64,000 nt of DNA, taken from positions 21,124 through 85,123 of the forward strand of contig JABDHI010000001.1 in the NCBI GenBank assembly GCA_013285655.1, given 5' to 3'. The first letter of the stretch is position 1. The number at the start of each line of letters is the position of its first letter. Shown one piece after another: positions 1 to 8,718 of the stretch. The DNA is from Bacteroidota bacterium (GTDB lineage: Bacteria > Bacteroidota > Bacteroidia > JABEUT01). Under the pieces are notes generated by a model. That model worked only from the letters and a program-made list of their open reading frames with translations, searched no databases and was not told where the DNA came from. Both the position numbers and the translations under genes were made by a program.

Positions 1-90
1 TTCCGTTTATCAGTCGGCACAGCCGAAACCAAAGGCATTAGTGATGTATTTACCCGTTTAAAAGCCGCCCTCGAAAAGCTTAAAGCCTAG
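1..90 (+). CDS. 3' end of a probable PLP-dependent aminotransferase (class I/II), truncated by window edge
   Basis: Frame 1 reads FRLSVGTAETKGISDVFTRLKAALEKLKA* (stop 88-90); xRLSVG is typical of the C-terminus of class I/II aminotransferases. Confidence 0.5.
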   Translation, partial: FRLSVGTAETKGISDVFTRLKAALEKLKA

Positions 91-91
91 T

Positions 92-1183
92 ATGAACAAA
101 CACCATTACTGTATTATAATGGCTGGCGGCGTTGGTAGCCGCTTTTGGCCTATGAGTAAAACCAAGCACCCAAAGCAGTTTATTGATGTATTGGGTATTG
201 GCAGAACACTTATACAACAAACATTCGACAGGTTTAAACTACTTTGTTTACCTGAAAATATTTATGTAGTTACGCACGAATCGTATAAAAAACTGGTGCA
301 GGAACAATTACCTGAGATTCCTGCCGAGAATATTATTTGCGAACCTGCCCGAAAAAATACTGCACCTTGTGTAGCTTATACTTCTTACAAAATACAGGTA
401 AAAGATCCTAAAGCCCTTGTAGTAGTTGCTCCTTCAGATCATTTGATTTTAAAGGAAAAGACTTTTGTAAAAGCTATTGGTTCGTGTTACGAAAAAGCAG
501 CAGCTGAAGATTGTTTACTCACCATTGGCATACGCCCACTCCGCCCCGATACAGGTTATGGCTATATACAGTTTAAAGAATTAGATGTTAAAGGAAAAGA
601 TACGCGCATAAAGAAGGTTAAAACCTTTACCGAAAAGCCTGACCACGAAATGGCTGTATCGTTCATACAAAGCGGCGACTTCTTGTGGAACTCCGGCATA
701 TTTGTTTGGAGCGTAACCAGCATTGTAAAGGCTATGGAAAAATACCTACCTGAAGTAGCCGACTTGTTTAGAGAAGGAAAGAATATTTACAACACCGCTG
801 AAGAAAAGAAATACATTGATAAAGTATATGCACAATGCAAAAGCATATCTATTGACTATGGTGTAATGGAAAAGGCCAACAACGTATACGTACGCAGTTC
901 GGCTATTGGATGGTCAGATCTGGGTACGTGGGGTTCGTTATACCAGCATATACCTAAGGATAAAGACAAGAATGCTGTTGTAGGCAAGAATGTTTTGCTC
1001 TTTCAATCGAAAGGCTGCATTGTGCACGTGCCTGCCAATAAGCTTGCTGTTATAGAGGGCCTCGAGGATTACATAGTAGTTGAATCTGGCGATACCTTAC
1101 TGATTTGCAAAAAGCAGGACGAACAACAGATACGTAACTTTGTAAATGAAGTTAAAGCCCGCAAAGGAGAGAAGTACGTTTAA
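92..1183 (+). CDS. manC: Mannose-1-phosphate guanylyltransferase
   Basis: IMAGGVGSRFWPMS, EPARKNTAP, FTEKP, WNSGIF, WSDLGTW motifs. Confidence 0.95.
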   Translation: MNKHHYCIIMAGGVGSRFWPMSKTKHPKQFIDVLGIGRTLIQQTFDRFKLLCLPENIYVVTHESYKKLVQEQLPEIPAENIICEPARKNTAPCVAYTSYKIQVKDPKALVVVAPSDHLILKEKTFVKAIGSCYEKAAAEDCLLTIGIRPLRPDTGYGYIQFKELDVKGKDTRIKKVKTFTEKPDHEMAVSFIQSGDFLWNSGIFVWSVTSIVKAMEKYLPEVADLFREGKNIYNTAEEKKYIDKVYAQCKSISIDYGVMEKANNVYVRSSAIGWSDLGTWGSLYQHIPKDKDKNAVVGKNVLLFQSKGCIVHVPANKLAVIEGLEDYIVVESGDTLLICKKQDEQQIRNFVNEVKARKGEKYV

Positions 1184-1665
1184 AAGATACTCTCGTATTC
1201 TCCGGTTGTCCTTTCAACAATAGCGGCCTCAGTAATTTTAATTTCAGGCAAATAGTGGATCTTTGCTTTCAGCGAATTTGCAATTAAACAGTTAGTTTCT
1301 GATTTTTGCAATACTTTCTCTGCTTTCTGTTCCAAAGCCTTATCCATAATGGTAACAATAGGCACTAGTGTAATTTCACTGATCATATACTTGCCATCAA
1401 CTATTTCTAATTTACCAATAGCTTTCGACTCAAATGCCAGAAAATCGAGCTTTGAACTTTCAGCAACCGACAAGAAGGTTGTCATAAGGCAACTGTTAAC
1501 TGCTGCCACCAACAAATGTTCCGGCGACCAAACACCTTCCACCCCCTTTGGAAATTCAGGCGGTGTTGCCACTTCAATCTCTTGTTTTAATATAGGAGAA
1601 CTCAATATCCCTCTGCGATCCATCTCCCATTTCAGGTCGACTTTATAATAATGTTCTGCTTTCAT
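1180..1665 (-). CDS. OsmC/Ohr family protein
   Basis: WSPEHLLVAAVNSC...C(LIANSL) two-Cys OsmC pattern. Confidence 0.9.
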   Translation of the reverse strand: MKAEHYYKVDLKWEMDRRGILSSPILKQEIEVATPPEFPKGVEGVWSPEHLLVAAVNSCLMTTFLSVAESSKLDFLAFESKAIGKLEIVDGKYMISEITLVPIVTIMDKALEQKAEKVLQKSETNCLIANSLKAKIHYLPEIKITEAAIVERTTGEYESIF

Positions 1666-1676
1666 AATAATTGAAT

Positions 1677-1994
1677 TTAATTACTGAATTTATTTAAATC
1701 TAACCACGAACCTCCGTTGTATACTTTCGTATATCCTTCTTTTTCAAGAATCCTTTTTGCAGTACTGCTTCTCATTCCTGAAGCACAGCAAGTAATAATA
1801 ACTTCATCTTTATTCTTGATTTTGGTAAGCACTTCTTCAAATTCTTCAAGCGGAATATTAACTGCACCGTTAAAATGCCCTGATGCATATTCGTTCCGTG
1901 AACGCACGTCTAAAACAATAGCGCCTTCATTTATTAATTGTCCGAAACTTACTTCATTACCTAAACCAATCATATTTTTAAGCTTGTTTATCAT
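1677..1994 (-). CDS. Single-domain rhodanese (sulfurtransferase)
   Basis: VLDVRSRNEYASGH, CCASGMRS active-site loop. Confidence 0.92.
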   Translation of the reverse strand: MINKLKNMIGLGNEVSFGQLINEGAIVLDVRSRNEYASGHFNGAVNIPLEEFEEVLTKIKNKDEVIITCCASGMRSSTAKRILEKEGYTKVYNGGSWLDLNKFSN

Positions 1995-2004
1995 AATTTT
2001 AGTT

Positions 2005-2223
2005 TTAATTTATTGCCTTGCTTTTTTTACTTTTTGTGTTAATGCCAAACAACATATATAGCGGACATGAACTGATAAAGCTGGTAACTATAAATATACC
2101 GGCAATTACCAATAAAACAATGGCGGCTGTGCCACCAATTTGTTTAGTGTAGTAAAGTGCTATAATGGCTACTGCTACCAATATCCGAACCGCCTTGTCG
2201 AATGAACCCATATTCTTTTTCAT
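2005..2223 (-). CDS. DUF2892 / YgaP-like small membrane protein
   Basis: KNMGSFDKAVR...CPLYMLFGINT signature, two TM helices. Confidence 0.9.
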   Translation of the reverse strand: MKKNMGSFDKAVRILVAVAIIALYYTKQIGGTAAIVLLVIAGIFIVTSFISSCPLYMLFGINTKSKKSKAIN

Positions 2224-2330
2224 ATGCCTTAGTTTTAAAGCAAATATTGGCCATTATACCAACAAATACTATGATACAATCCATGCTTATGGTCTGATTG
2301 TTATCATATTAGCATGAAAAAGAAGCTATC

Positions 2331-3212
2331 TTAATGATAGTAGAGATCGTCGGTTTTTAACCTCAGGTAACGGCGCATAGCAAAAAATGTGCTAAAAGCC
2401 GAAATGAAAACACCTAGCGATAGAAGTAAACCACCTAATATTAAATAGGTGTTCAGGTCATGCAGTCTCATAAGGTCGAAATCAGCCATTTCTGTTTGGG
2501 CCATACGCAATGTTGCCAATATCATACAAATAGAAATTAGTGAGGCATATACCCCATGTAATACACTGCGCCACAAAAAAGGACGGCGTATAAAGCTTTG
2601 TGTAGCCCCTACTAATTGCATAGTTTTAATAAGGAACCGTTTAGAATATATAGTTAGCCTGATGGTATTATTAATAAGCGCCAGGGCAACTACCAATAGC
2701 AATAATCCAAACCCAGCCATAATCAATGTAATCTTCTTCAGGTTGCGGTTCATAGAATCTATAAACGAGCTCTGGTATATTACTTCCTTTACTTCTGCAT
2801 GAGCAGCAAATTGTTTTTCGATCCATTTAAGGCTATCGCTGTTTATATAGTCAGCCTTTAAGTGAACGTTAATAGACGCCGGCAAAGGGTTATACCCTAA
2901 TAACTGTTGTGGATCGTCCTTCGTATTCACGCTTAGTAACTGTTTCATGGCAGAATCTTTGCTTATATAAGCAGTACTTCTTACGTAAGGTGAAACATCC
3001 AGCGATTTTTGAAGCTTGGCAATATCAGCTTCTTTCACATCTTTATTCAAAAACAGCATCACATTAGCCTGTTCCTTTACCGAACGGCTGATCTTTTGCC
3101 AGTCGATGATCAACAAGGATAACAATCCAAGTATAAACAGCACCAGCGATATACTAACCACTGTAGTGATAGATGCCGAACGAAGCCTGTTTACAAAAGG
3201 ATTGGGTGCCAT
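2331..3212 (-). CDS. ftsX: Cell division permease FtsX
   Basis: SITTVVSISLVLF TM1, LGYNPLPASI, NNTIRLTIYSKRFLIKTMQLVGAT. Confidence 0.93.
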   Translation of the reverse strand: MAPNPFVNRLRSASITTVVSISLVLFILGLLSLLIIDWQKISRSVKEQANVMLFLNKDVKEADIAKLQKSLDVSPYVRSTAYISKDSAMKQLLSVNTKDDPQQLLGYNPLPASINVHLKADYINSDSLKWIEKQFAAHAEVKEVIYQSSFIDSMNRNLKKITLIMAGFGLLLLVVALALINNTIRLTIYSKRFLIKTMQLVGATQSFIRRPFLWRSVLHGVYASLISICMILATLRMAQTEMADFDLMRLHDLNTYLILGGLLLSLGVFISAFSTFFAMRRYLRLKTDDLYYH

Positions 3213-3312
3213 TATCGTTTAATTACAGAGCTAAATTACATATTAAGGGCACCCTTATATAGCCACCTTAGTAGATGATATTAACAAGGAAGTGCGGATA
3301 AAGGGCAAAGCT

Positions 3313-4275
3313 TTATTTACTTAGCAATTCCGTTTCAGGCAGATTTCCTTGCAAATATTGATGCAATTGGATACATGCTATTTGCGCGAATTCAGCAAAC
3401 ACCTCTTCTACAGTCCAGCCAATATGTGGGGTGAGTATTACATTATCCAGCTTCCGCAAGGGAGAATCGGCCGCAAGCGGCTCATGCGTATAAACATCGA
3501 GCCCGGCGCTTGCAATCGGACCATTTTTAAGTGCATTTATCAATGCATCTTCATTTACTATAGCTCCGCGCGATGTATTAATTAAAACTGAGCCTTGCTT
3601 CATCATCTGCAATTTTTCTGCATTTATTAACCCGGTCGATTCAGGAGATAAACGCAGATGGATACTTACCACATCACTCGTGCTAAGTAGTTTTTCTAAA
3701 GGTAAACGAGGAATATCATTATTAATAGCTTGACTGCCCGGCCTAGCCCATGCAACCACCTCCATATTAAAGGCTGTCTTGGCAATATGTGCCACACGGG
3801 TGCCATGTCTGCCAATACCCAATATACCAAGCCTGCGGCCATTTAAAGTACGCCCTGTAACTAAAGGCCATTCACCTTTATGCATAGCTTGCAATGCCAT
3901 AGGCACCTTGTGCATTAAGCCCAGCATCATAGCAAAAACAAGTTCAGGCACAGCTATTAAAGGGGCTTTCACCCTTCTGCCTAAGGCTATAATTACATTA
4001 TGCTCCTGTGCTGATTTTTGATCTATATGGTAAGCATGCCCGCCAGTTTGTAATATCAGTTTTAACTTGGGCAACCGGCTAAATGCTTCCTTTGTTAAGG
4101 CAGTCCGTTCACGTAAAGCCATTAAAAAGGTAACATCAGCCAGTTCAGCATCGGTAGCCGAAGCTATTGGTTTTGATAAGAATCTAATCTCTACTTTACC
4201 TTCTAATTCTTTCCAACAAGGGTTAGCGGCAATATTGCCTTCCCAATCATCTAATACCAGTAAAATGGGTTTCAT
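3313..4275 (-). CDS. D-2-hydroxyacid dehydrogenase family protein
   Basis: LDDW start, GILGIGRHG Rossmann motif, NTSRG, LDVY, TPHIG. Confidence 0.92.
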   Translation of the reverse strand: MKPILLVLDDWEGNIAANPCWKELEGKVEIRFLSKPIASATDAELADVTFLMALRERTALTKEAFSRLPKLKLILQTGGHAYHIDQKSAQEHNVIIALGRRVKAPLIAVPELVFAMMLGLMHKVPMALQAMHKGEWPLVTGRTLNGRRLGILGIGRHGTRVAHIAKTAFNMEVVAWARPGSQAINNDIPRLPLEKLLSTSDVVSIHLRLSPESTGLINAEKLQMMKQGSVLINTSRGAIVNEDALINALKNGPIASAGLDVYTHEPLAADSPLRKLDNVILTPHIGWTVEEVFAEFAQIACIQLHQYLQGNLPETELLSK

Positions 4276-4336
4276 TTTTCAAAGATAAAAGAATCGGCAA
4301 AATCTGTAACTTCGCATTTAGGTAAAACCCGTCTAA

Positions 4337-5062
4337 ATGAGTTGGTATCATAAAATACTTTCAAAAAAGAATGAGCCTGACAGCAGTAGGGATTTAAAAC
4401 GCGGTGAGATTAAATCCATTCTGATAGAGGCATTTTCTAAAGAAATTCCTGATTTCAAGTTCTCGTTATATAAAAACGGCCATTACTATTTTGAAAGAAT
4501 CAGAAAGCACAAGAATTACAGCTTATATGAAACTTTCCATATTTGCTTTGGGCTTCAAGATAAAAATTTTAGTTGCTCTGTTTCTTCAAGCTTTAATCCT
4601 ATATATCGTTATGTTAGCGCATACAGTAACGGTTTATTAGTTCAGCATATTGATCTAATAGTCTTAAAAAAAGGAACCGGCATTATTCCAATTGAAGAAG
4701 CGTATTATTTTCACAATGGCAAATTAAATATGACTACTAAGGTTGTTGACCAAATAGCTCAAGATTTTAAGAAAGTCGGCTTAAAATTCCTAAGCAATAG
4801 ATTCGATTCACTAAATAACAACAGAACACTAGATTTTGGATTTGATTATATTAAAGAATTATCCATTGATAAACTAACTTTGAAATTATCACTCGAAAAG
4901 TCTCGTAACGATGCTAATTGGCTTTTGTCAGAAATAAAACACGATACCTTTTTAGACTTAAAGAATAGATTATTGGAAATTCCAAATCAGAACTCTGAAT
5001 CTATAAGCAAAATACCCGGATTTGCTTATTCACTTCTTGAGTACTATTGGGACCAAGATTAA
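4337..5062 (+). CDS. Hypothetical protein (AT-rich orphan)
   Basis: 241-aa ORF; promoter variant TAACTTCG just upstream; no family recognised. Confidence 0.7.
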   Translation: MSWYHKILSKKNEPDSSRDLKRGEIKSILIEAFSKEIPDFKFSLYKNGHYYFERIRKHKNYSLYETFHICFGLQDKNFSCSVSSSFNPIYRYVSAYSNGLLVQHIDLIVLKKGTGIIPIEEAYYFHNGKLNMTTKVVDQIAQDFKKVGLKFLSNRFDSLNNNRTLDFGFDYIKELSIDKLTLKLSLEKSRNDANWLLSEIKHDTFLDLKNRLLEIPNQNSESISKIPGFAYSLLEYYWDQD

Positions 5063-5170
5063 TCTTTGAAATTGCCATTACATATTACCTTGTAACCACC
5101 AATATTTTACCATCAAAGCAGGGATGATTTCAATCACCCACCAACTCTACTCTTCTTCCCGAATTATTCA

Positions 5171-5178
5171 TAGATTTG
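5171..5178 (+). promoter_or_regulatory. Bacteroidota -7 promoter element for hmgA-hppD
   Basis: TAGATTTG 17 nt upstream of ATG. Confidence 0.75.
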
Positions 5179-5195
5179 TGATATAAATTTAAGCT

Positions 5196-6353
5196 ATGCC
5201 TATATATCACGAACTGGGTAAAATACCTCATAAGAGGCATACCGTTTTTAAGAAACCCGACGGCAAGTATTATTATGAAGAACTCTTCGGAACAGAAGGT
5301 TTTCATGGTATGTCTTCGTTGTTATATCACATTAACAGGCCTACACAGGTAAAGAGTATTGGTAAAGCAGTTGATGTATCGCCTAAAATAGCGGTAGAGA
5401 AGAATATCAGGGCTATGCTTTTAAAAGGCTTTGATGTAAAACCTACTGATGATTTTTTAAAGAGCCGCACTGTACTATTAGCCAATAGTGATGTGCACCT
5501 TGGCTTGGCTGCTCCGCGTAAATCAATGACCGATTATTTTTATAAGAATGCTGATGCCGACGAAATGATTTTCGTTCATAAGGGCAAAGGCGTGCTTCAC
5601 ACTTTTCTTGGTCAACTGCCCTTTGATTATGGAGATTATCTGGTTATTCCACGTGGTATGATTTACCAAATTGAATTTAAGAGCACTGACAACCGTTTGT
5701 TATTCTTAGAATCGTTTGCACCGATCTATACTCCTAAGCGTTACCGTAACGAGTTTGGTCAATTGCTTGAACATTCACCTTTCTGCGAGCGCGATATACG
5801 TCGCCCTATTAAGCTTGAAACGATTGACAAAAAAGGCGATTTTACTATTAAAACAAAAAAACAAGGCATACTGCACGACATAGTATATGCATACCATCCC
5901 TTTGATGTAATTGGTTGGGATGGTTATAACTATCCTTACGCCTTTTCTATACACGATTTTGAGCCTATTACAGGCCGTGTGCACCAGCCACCTCCTGTAC
6001 ATCAAACATTTGAAACCGGCACATTTGTAGTCTGCTCATTCTGCCCGCGTTTATACGATTATCATCCTCATTCAGTACCTGCGCCTTATAATCACAGCAA
6101 TATAGATTCTGATGAAGTGTTGTATTATGTAGATGGGGATTTTATGAGCCGTAACGATATTAAACAAGGCCACATAACATTACATCCTAAGGGCATCCCT
6201 CACGGACCGGCACCAGGTGCTATGGAACGAAGCATTGGCAAAAAAGAAACACAGGAACTTGCCGTGATGGTAGATACATTCCGCCCGCTTATGGTTACGG
6301 AAGCTGCCATGAAAATTGACGACGGCAAATATTATAAATCGTGGACGGAATAA
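5196..6353 (+). CDS. hmgA: Homogentisate 1,2-dioxygenase
   Basis: HQPPPVHQTF, PYNHSNIDSDEVLYY, LHPKGIPHGP; adjacent to hppD. Confidence 0.95.
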   Translation: MPIYHELGKIPHKRHTVFKKPDGKYYYEELFGTEGFHGMSSLLYHINRPTQVKSIGKAVDVSPKIAVEKNIRAMLLKGFDVKPTDDFLKSRTVLLANSDVHLGLAAPRKSMTDYFYKNADADEMIFVHKGKGVLHTFLGQLPFDYGDYLVIPRGMIYQIEFKSTDNRLLFLESFAPIYTPKRYRNEFGQLLEHSPFCERDIRRPIKLETIDKKGDFTIKTKKQGILHDIVYAYHPFDVIGWDGYNYPYAFSIHDFEPITGRVHQPPPVHQTFETGTFVVCSFCPRLYDYHPHSVPAPYNHSNIDSDEVLYYVDGDFMSRNDIKQGHITLHPKGIPHGPAPGAMERSIGKKETQELAVMVDTFRPLMVTEAAMKIDDGKYYKSWTE

Positions 6354-6388
6354 ATCAATTAAGAATTACGAATTAAAAATTAAAAATT
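6354..6388. repeat. Heptamer tandem repeat (NNNAATT x5)
   Basis: atcaatt aagaatt acgaatt aaaaatt aaaaatt fills the hmgA-hppD spacer; related copies 8640-8672 and 13853-13886 on minus strand. Confidence 0.85.
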
Positions 6389-7549
6389 ATGTCAAAGGAA
6401 GTTAAAAATGTTGAGTACGGATTAGAAAAAATATTTGAAGGCGCGAAAGACTTTTTGCCTTTATTAGGTACTGATTATGTAGAGTTTTATGTAGGCAATG
6501 CAAAGCAATCTGCACACTATTATAAAACAGCATTCGGGTTTCAATCGCTTGCGTATGCAGGCTTAGAAACAGGTTTAAAAGATCGTGTATCGTACGTATT
6601 GAAACAAGATAAGATCAGAATAGTTTTAACTACTGCATTAAAAAGCAGTTCACCAATTGGTGAGCATGTAAAAAAACATGGCGATGGTGTAAAGGTAATT
6701 GCGCTTTGGGTAGAAGATGCACGCAAATCGTTTGAAGAAACTACTAAGCGTGGTGCAAAACCATTTATGGAACCTACTGTTGAAAAAGATGAGTTTGGCG
6801 AAGTGGTACGTTCTGGCATTTACACATATGGCGAAACAGTGCACATGTTTGTAGAGCGTAAAAACTATAAAGGAACATTTTTACCTGGCTTTAAAGAATG
6901 GAAGAGTGACTACAACCCAACTCCGGTTGGTTTGAAATTTATCGACCATATGGTTGGTAATGTGGGCTGGGGCGAAATGAACGCAACTGTAAAGTGGTAT
7001 GAAGAAGTAATGGGCTTTGTAAATTTTTTAAGTTTCGATGATAAGCAAATTACTACTGAATATTCAGCATTAATGAGTAAGGTAATGAGTAACGGTAATG
7101 GACGTATCAAGTTCCCGATTAACGAACCGGCTGAGGGCAAAAAAAAATCACAAATCGAAGAATACATCGATTTTTACGAAAGCCAGGGCGTACAGCATCT
7201 TGCCTTAGCAACCGATGATATTATTAAAACGGTTAATGAATTAAAAGCACGTGGGGTTGAGTTTTTGCCTCCTCCTCCGCAAGCCTACTATGATGAAATA
7301 CCTAAGCGCTTAGGCACTCATAGAGATATGATGAAAGAAGATATTAAAGAACTTCAAAAACTTTCTATCCTGGTAGATGCTGACGAAGAAGGGTATTTAT
7401 TACAAATATTTACCAAGCCGGTTGAAGACCGCCCTACCCTGTTCTATGAAATTATTCAGCGTATGGGTGCTAAAGGATTTGGAGCAGGTAATTTTAAAGC
7501 CTTGTTCGAATCAATAGAAAGAGAGCAAGCTAAGAGAGGTACACTCTAA
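6389..7549 (+). CDS. hppD: 4-hydroxyphenylpyruvate dioxygenase
   Basis: DHMVGN, FPINEP, GVQHLAL, FYEIIQR, GFGAGNFKALFESIE. Confidence 0.97.
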   Translation: MSKEVKNVEYGLEKIFEGAKDFLPLLGTDYVEFYVGNAKQSAHYYKTAFGFQSLAYAGLETGLKDRVSYVLKQDKIRIVLTTALKSSSPIGEHVKKHGDGVKVIALWVEDARKSFEETTKRGAKPFMEPTVEKDEFGEVVRSGIYTYGETVHMFVERKNYKGTFLPGFKEWKSDYNPTPVGLKFIDHMVGNVGWGEMNATVKWYEEVMGFVNFLSFDDKQITTEYSALMSKVMSNGNGRIKFPINEPAEGKKKSQIEEYIDFYESQGVQHLALATDDIIKTVNELKARGVEFLPPPPQAYYDEIPKRLGTHRDMMKEDIKELQKLSILVDADEEGYLLQIFTKPVEDRPTLFYEIIQRMGAKGFGAGNFKALFESIEREQAKRGTL

Positions 7550-7554
7550 AAGCA

Positions 7555-7622
7555 AATATCGAACACTGAATGTTGAATAATGAATTTCGACATTCGGTGT
7601 TCATTATTCGATATTCATTATT
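7555..7622. repeat. Inverted heptamer-repeat element (GAAT/ATTC family)
   Basis: gaacactgaatgt...acattcggtgttc; right arm recurs at 60583-60621. Confidence 0.8.
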
Positions 7623-7630
7623 TGTCTTTA

Positions 7631-8350
7631 CTAGGCTGCATTCTTTTCTACATACTTTAACAAAAACCTTTTGGCAATAGGTAGCAAGGTTTCTTCAAGC
7701 GGAACTAACCAATTACTTTCAATAGCGTAAGTAGCAGGGTTAGGCATTTCCTGTTTTTCTTTAAGTAGTTCCAACTTTATGTATTGGTATGATACGCCCA
7801 TGTCCATCTCCCTGGTCTTTACAAACTGGGTATGTATGCCCCGGTATTTAGCTTCCGGTTCTTCAAACAGGGCAATGTCGTATTCGTAAACGGTGGTGTC
7901 AGCATTCTTGCCATCGCGTATAAAAATGTAGCCTTCCTTAGCATGTAGCGGCACTACCCCAACCGGGAATATGTTCAACTGCGATTCGATAGCCTCATAT
8001 ATTTTCCGCCCCTCGCTCAGGTATTTCTGAAAACGAGGAATAGAAAAATCAACAATGCTTTCCAACTGCTTCATTATCTCAGTATCTTCTATCATGTTTT
8101 GGTAAATAATGCGCATATTTTCCGCATCAATGCCTTCTGCACTTTGCGGAAAGTTCTTGAACATTTCTTCCTTCTTTTCCTTTAGCGATACCAACTGACG
8201 GTAGTGCGTAACCAGTTCTCTTAAAGAAGGGTAAAGCTTTTGCACCTCAAAATCTTTATCTACATCCTGCAAAAAAGCCAGCAAAATGTACTTCTTGTAT
8301 TCAAAGTCAATATACTTCTCGGTAAGCCAGTTGGTGTTCAGTATAGCCAT
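7631..8350 (-). CDS. Conserved hypothetical protein (Bacteroidota type)
   Basis: 239-aa ORF with NWLTE..IDFEYKKYILLA start and ETLLPIAKR end; convergent with hppD. Confidence 0.8.
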   Translation of the reverse strand: MAILNTNWLTEKYIDFEYKKYILLAFLQDVDKDFEVQKLYPSLRELVTHYRQLVSLKEKKEEMFKNFPQSAEGIDAENMRIIYQNMIEDTEIMKQLESIVDFSIPRFQKYLSEGRKIYEAIESQLNIFPVGVVPLHAKEGYIFIRDGKNADTTVYEYDIALFEEPEAKYRGIHTQFVKTREMDMGVSYQYIKLELLKEKQEMPNPATYAIESNWLVPLEETLLPIAKRFLLKYVEKNAA

Positions 8351-8513
8351 ATTTAGTTGCGTTAATAGGTTATTAAACGGTAAAATAAGCCCCTTGTTAC
8401 AAGTTTACCCATTTAAAACCCCTTATTTACATAGTCTTGTACCTATTTTTCGACAATTTATTGTTCAAATGGGCCTATTTTTAATTAAAAAGCACCTATT
8501 CCGTTACTTTTTA

Positions 8514-8605
8514 GAGATTCCTCACTCCGTTCGGAATGACAGGTCTTCTAACCTCTCCAACAACAAAATATGTTATGCCGAGCCGCCTAAGCGGAGAGGC
8601 ATCTC
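8514..8605. repeat. REP-like inverted pair (GAGATTCCTC...GGAATGAC family)
   Basis: gagattcctcactccgttcggaatgaca / tgttatgccgagc...gaggcatctc. Confidence 0.75.
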
Positions 8606-8669
8606 ATTTATCTATCCAAACCAATAAACACCACACTTTTCATCGTAATTTTTAATTCGTAATTTTTAA

Positions 8670-8698
8670 TTGACGGTTTGAGGATTCTTTTATCTTTG
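8670..8698 (+). promoter_or_regulatory. Bacteroidota -33/-7 promoter for ppiD-like gene
   Basis: TTG(8670-72)-N18-TATCTTTG(8691-98). Confidence 0.75.
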
Positions 8699-8718
8699 CA
8701 ACCCTCAATCAAACATAT

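Noticed and set aside
2331-3212. ftsX without adjacent ftsE
   Set aside because: Separation of ftsE and ftsX is, to my knowledge, usual in Bacteroidota.
8286-8627. 113-aa ORF across the divergent spacer
   Set aside because: Overlaps the 7631-8350 gene antisense and translates REP arms.
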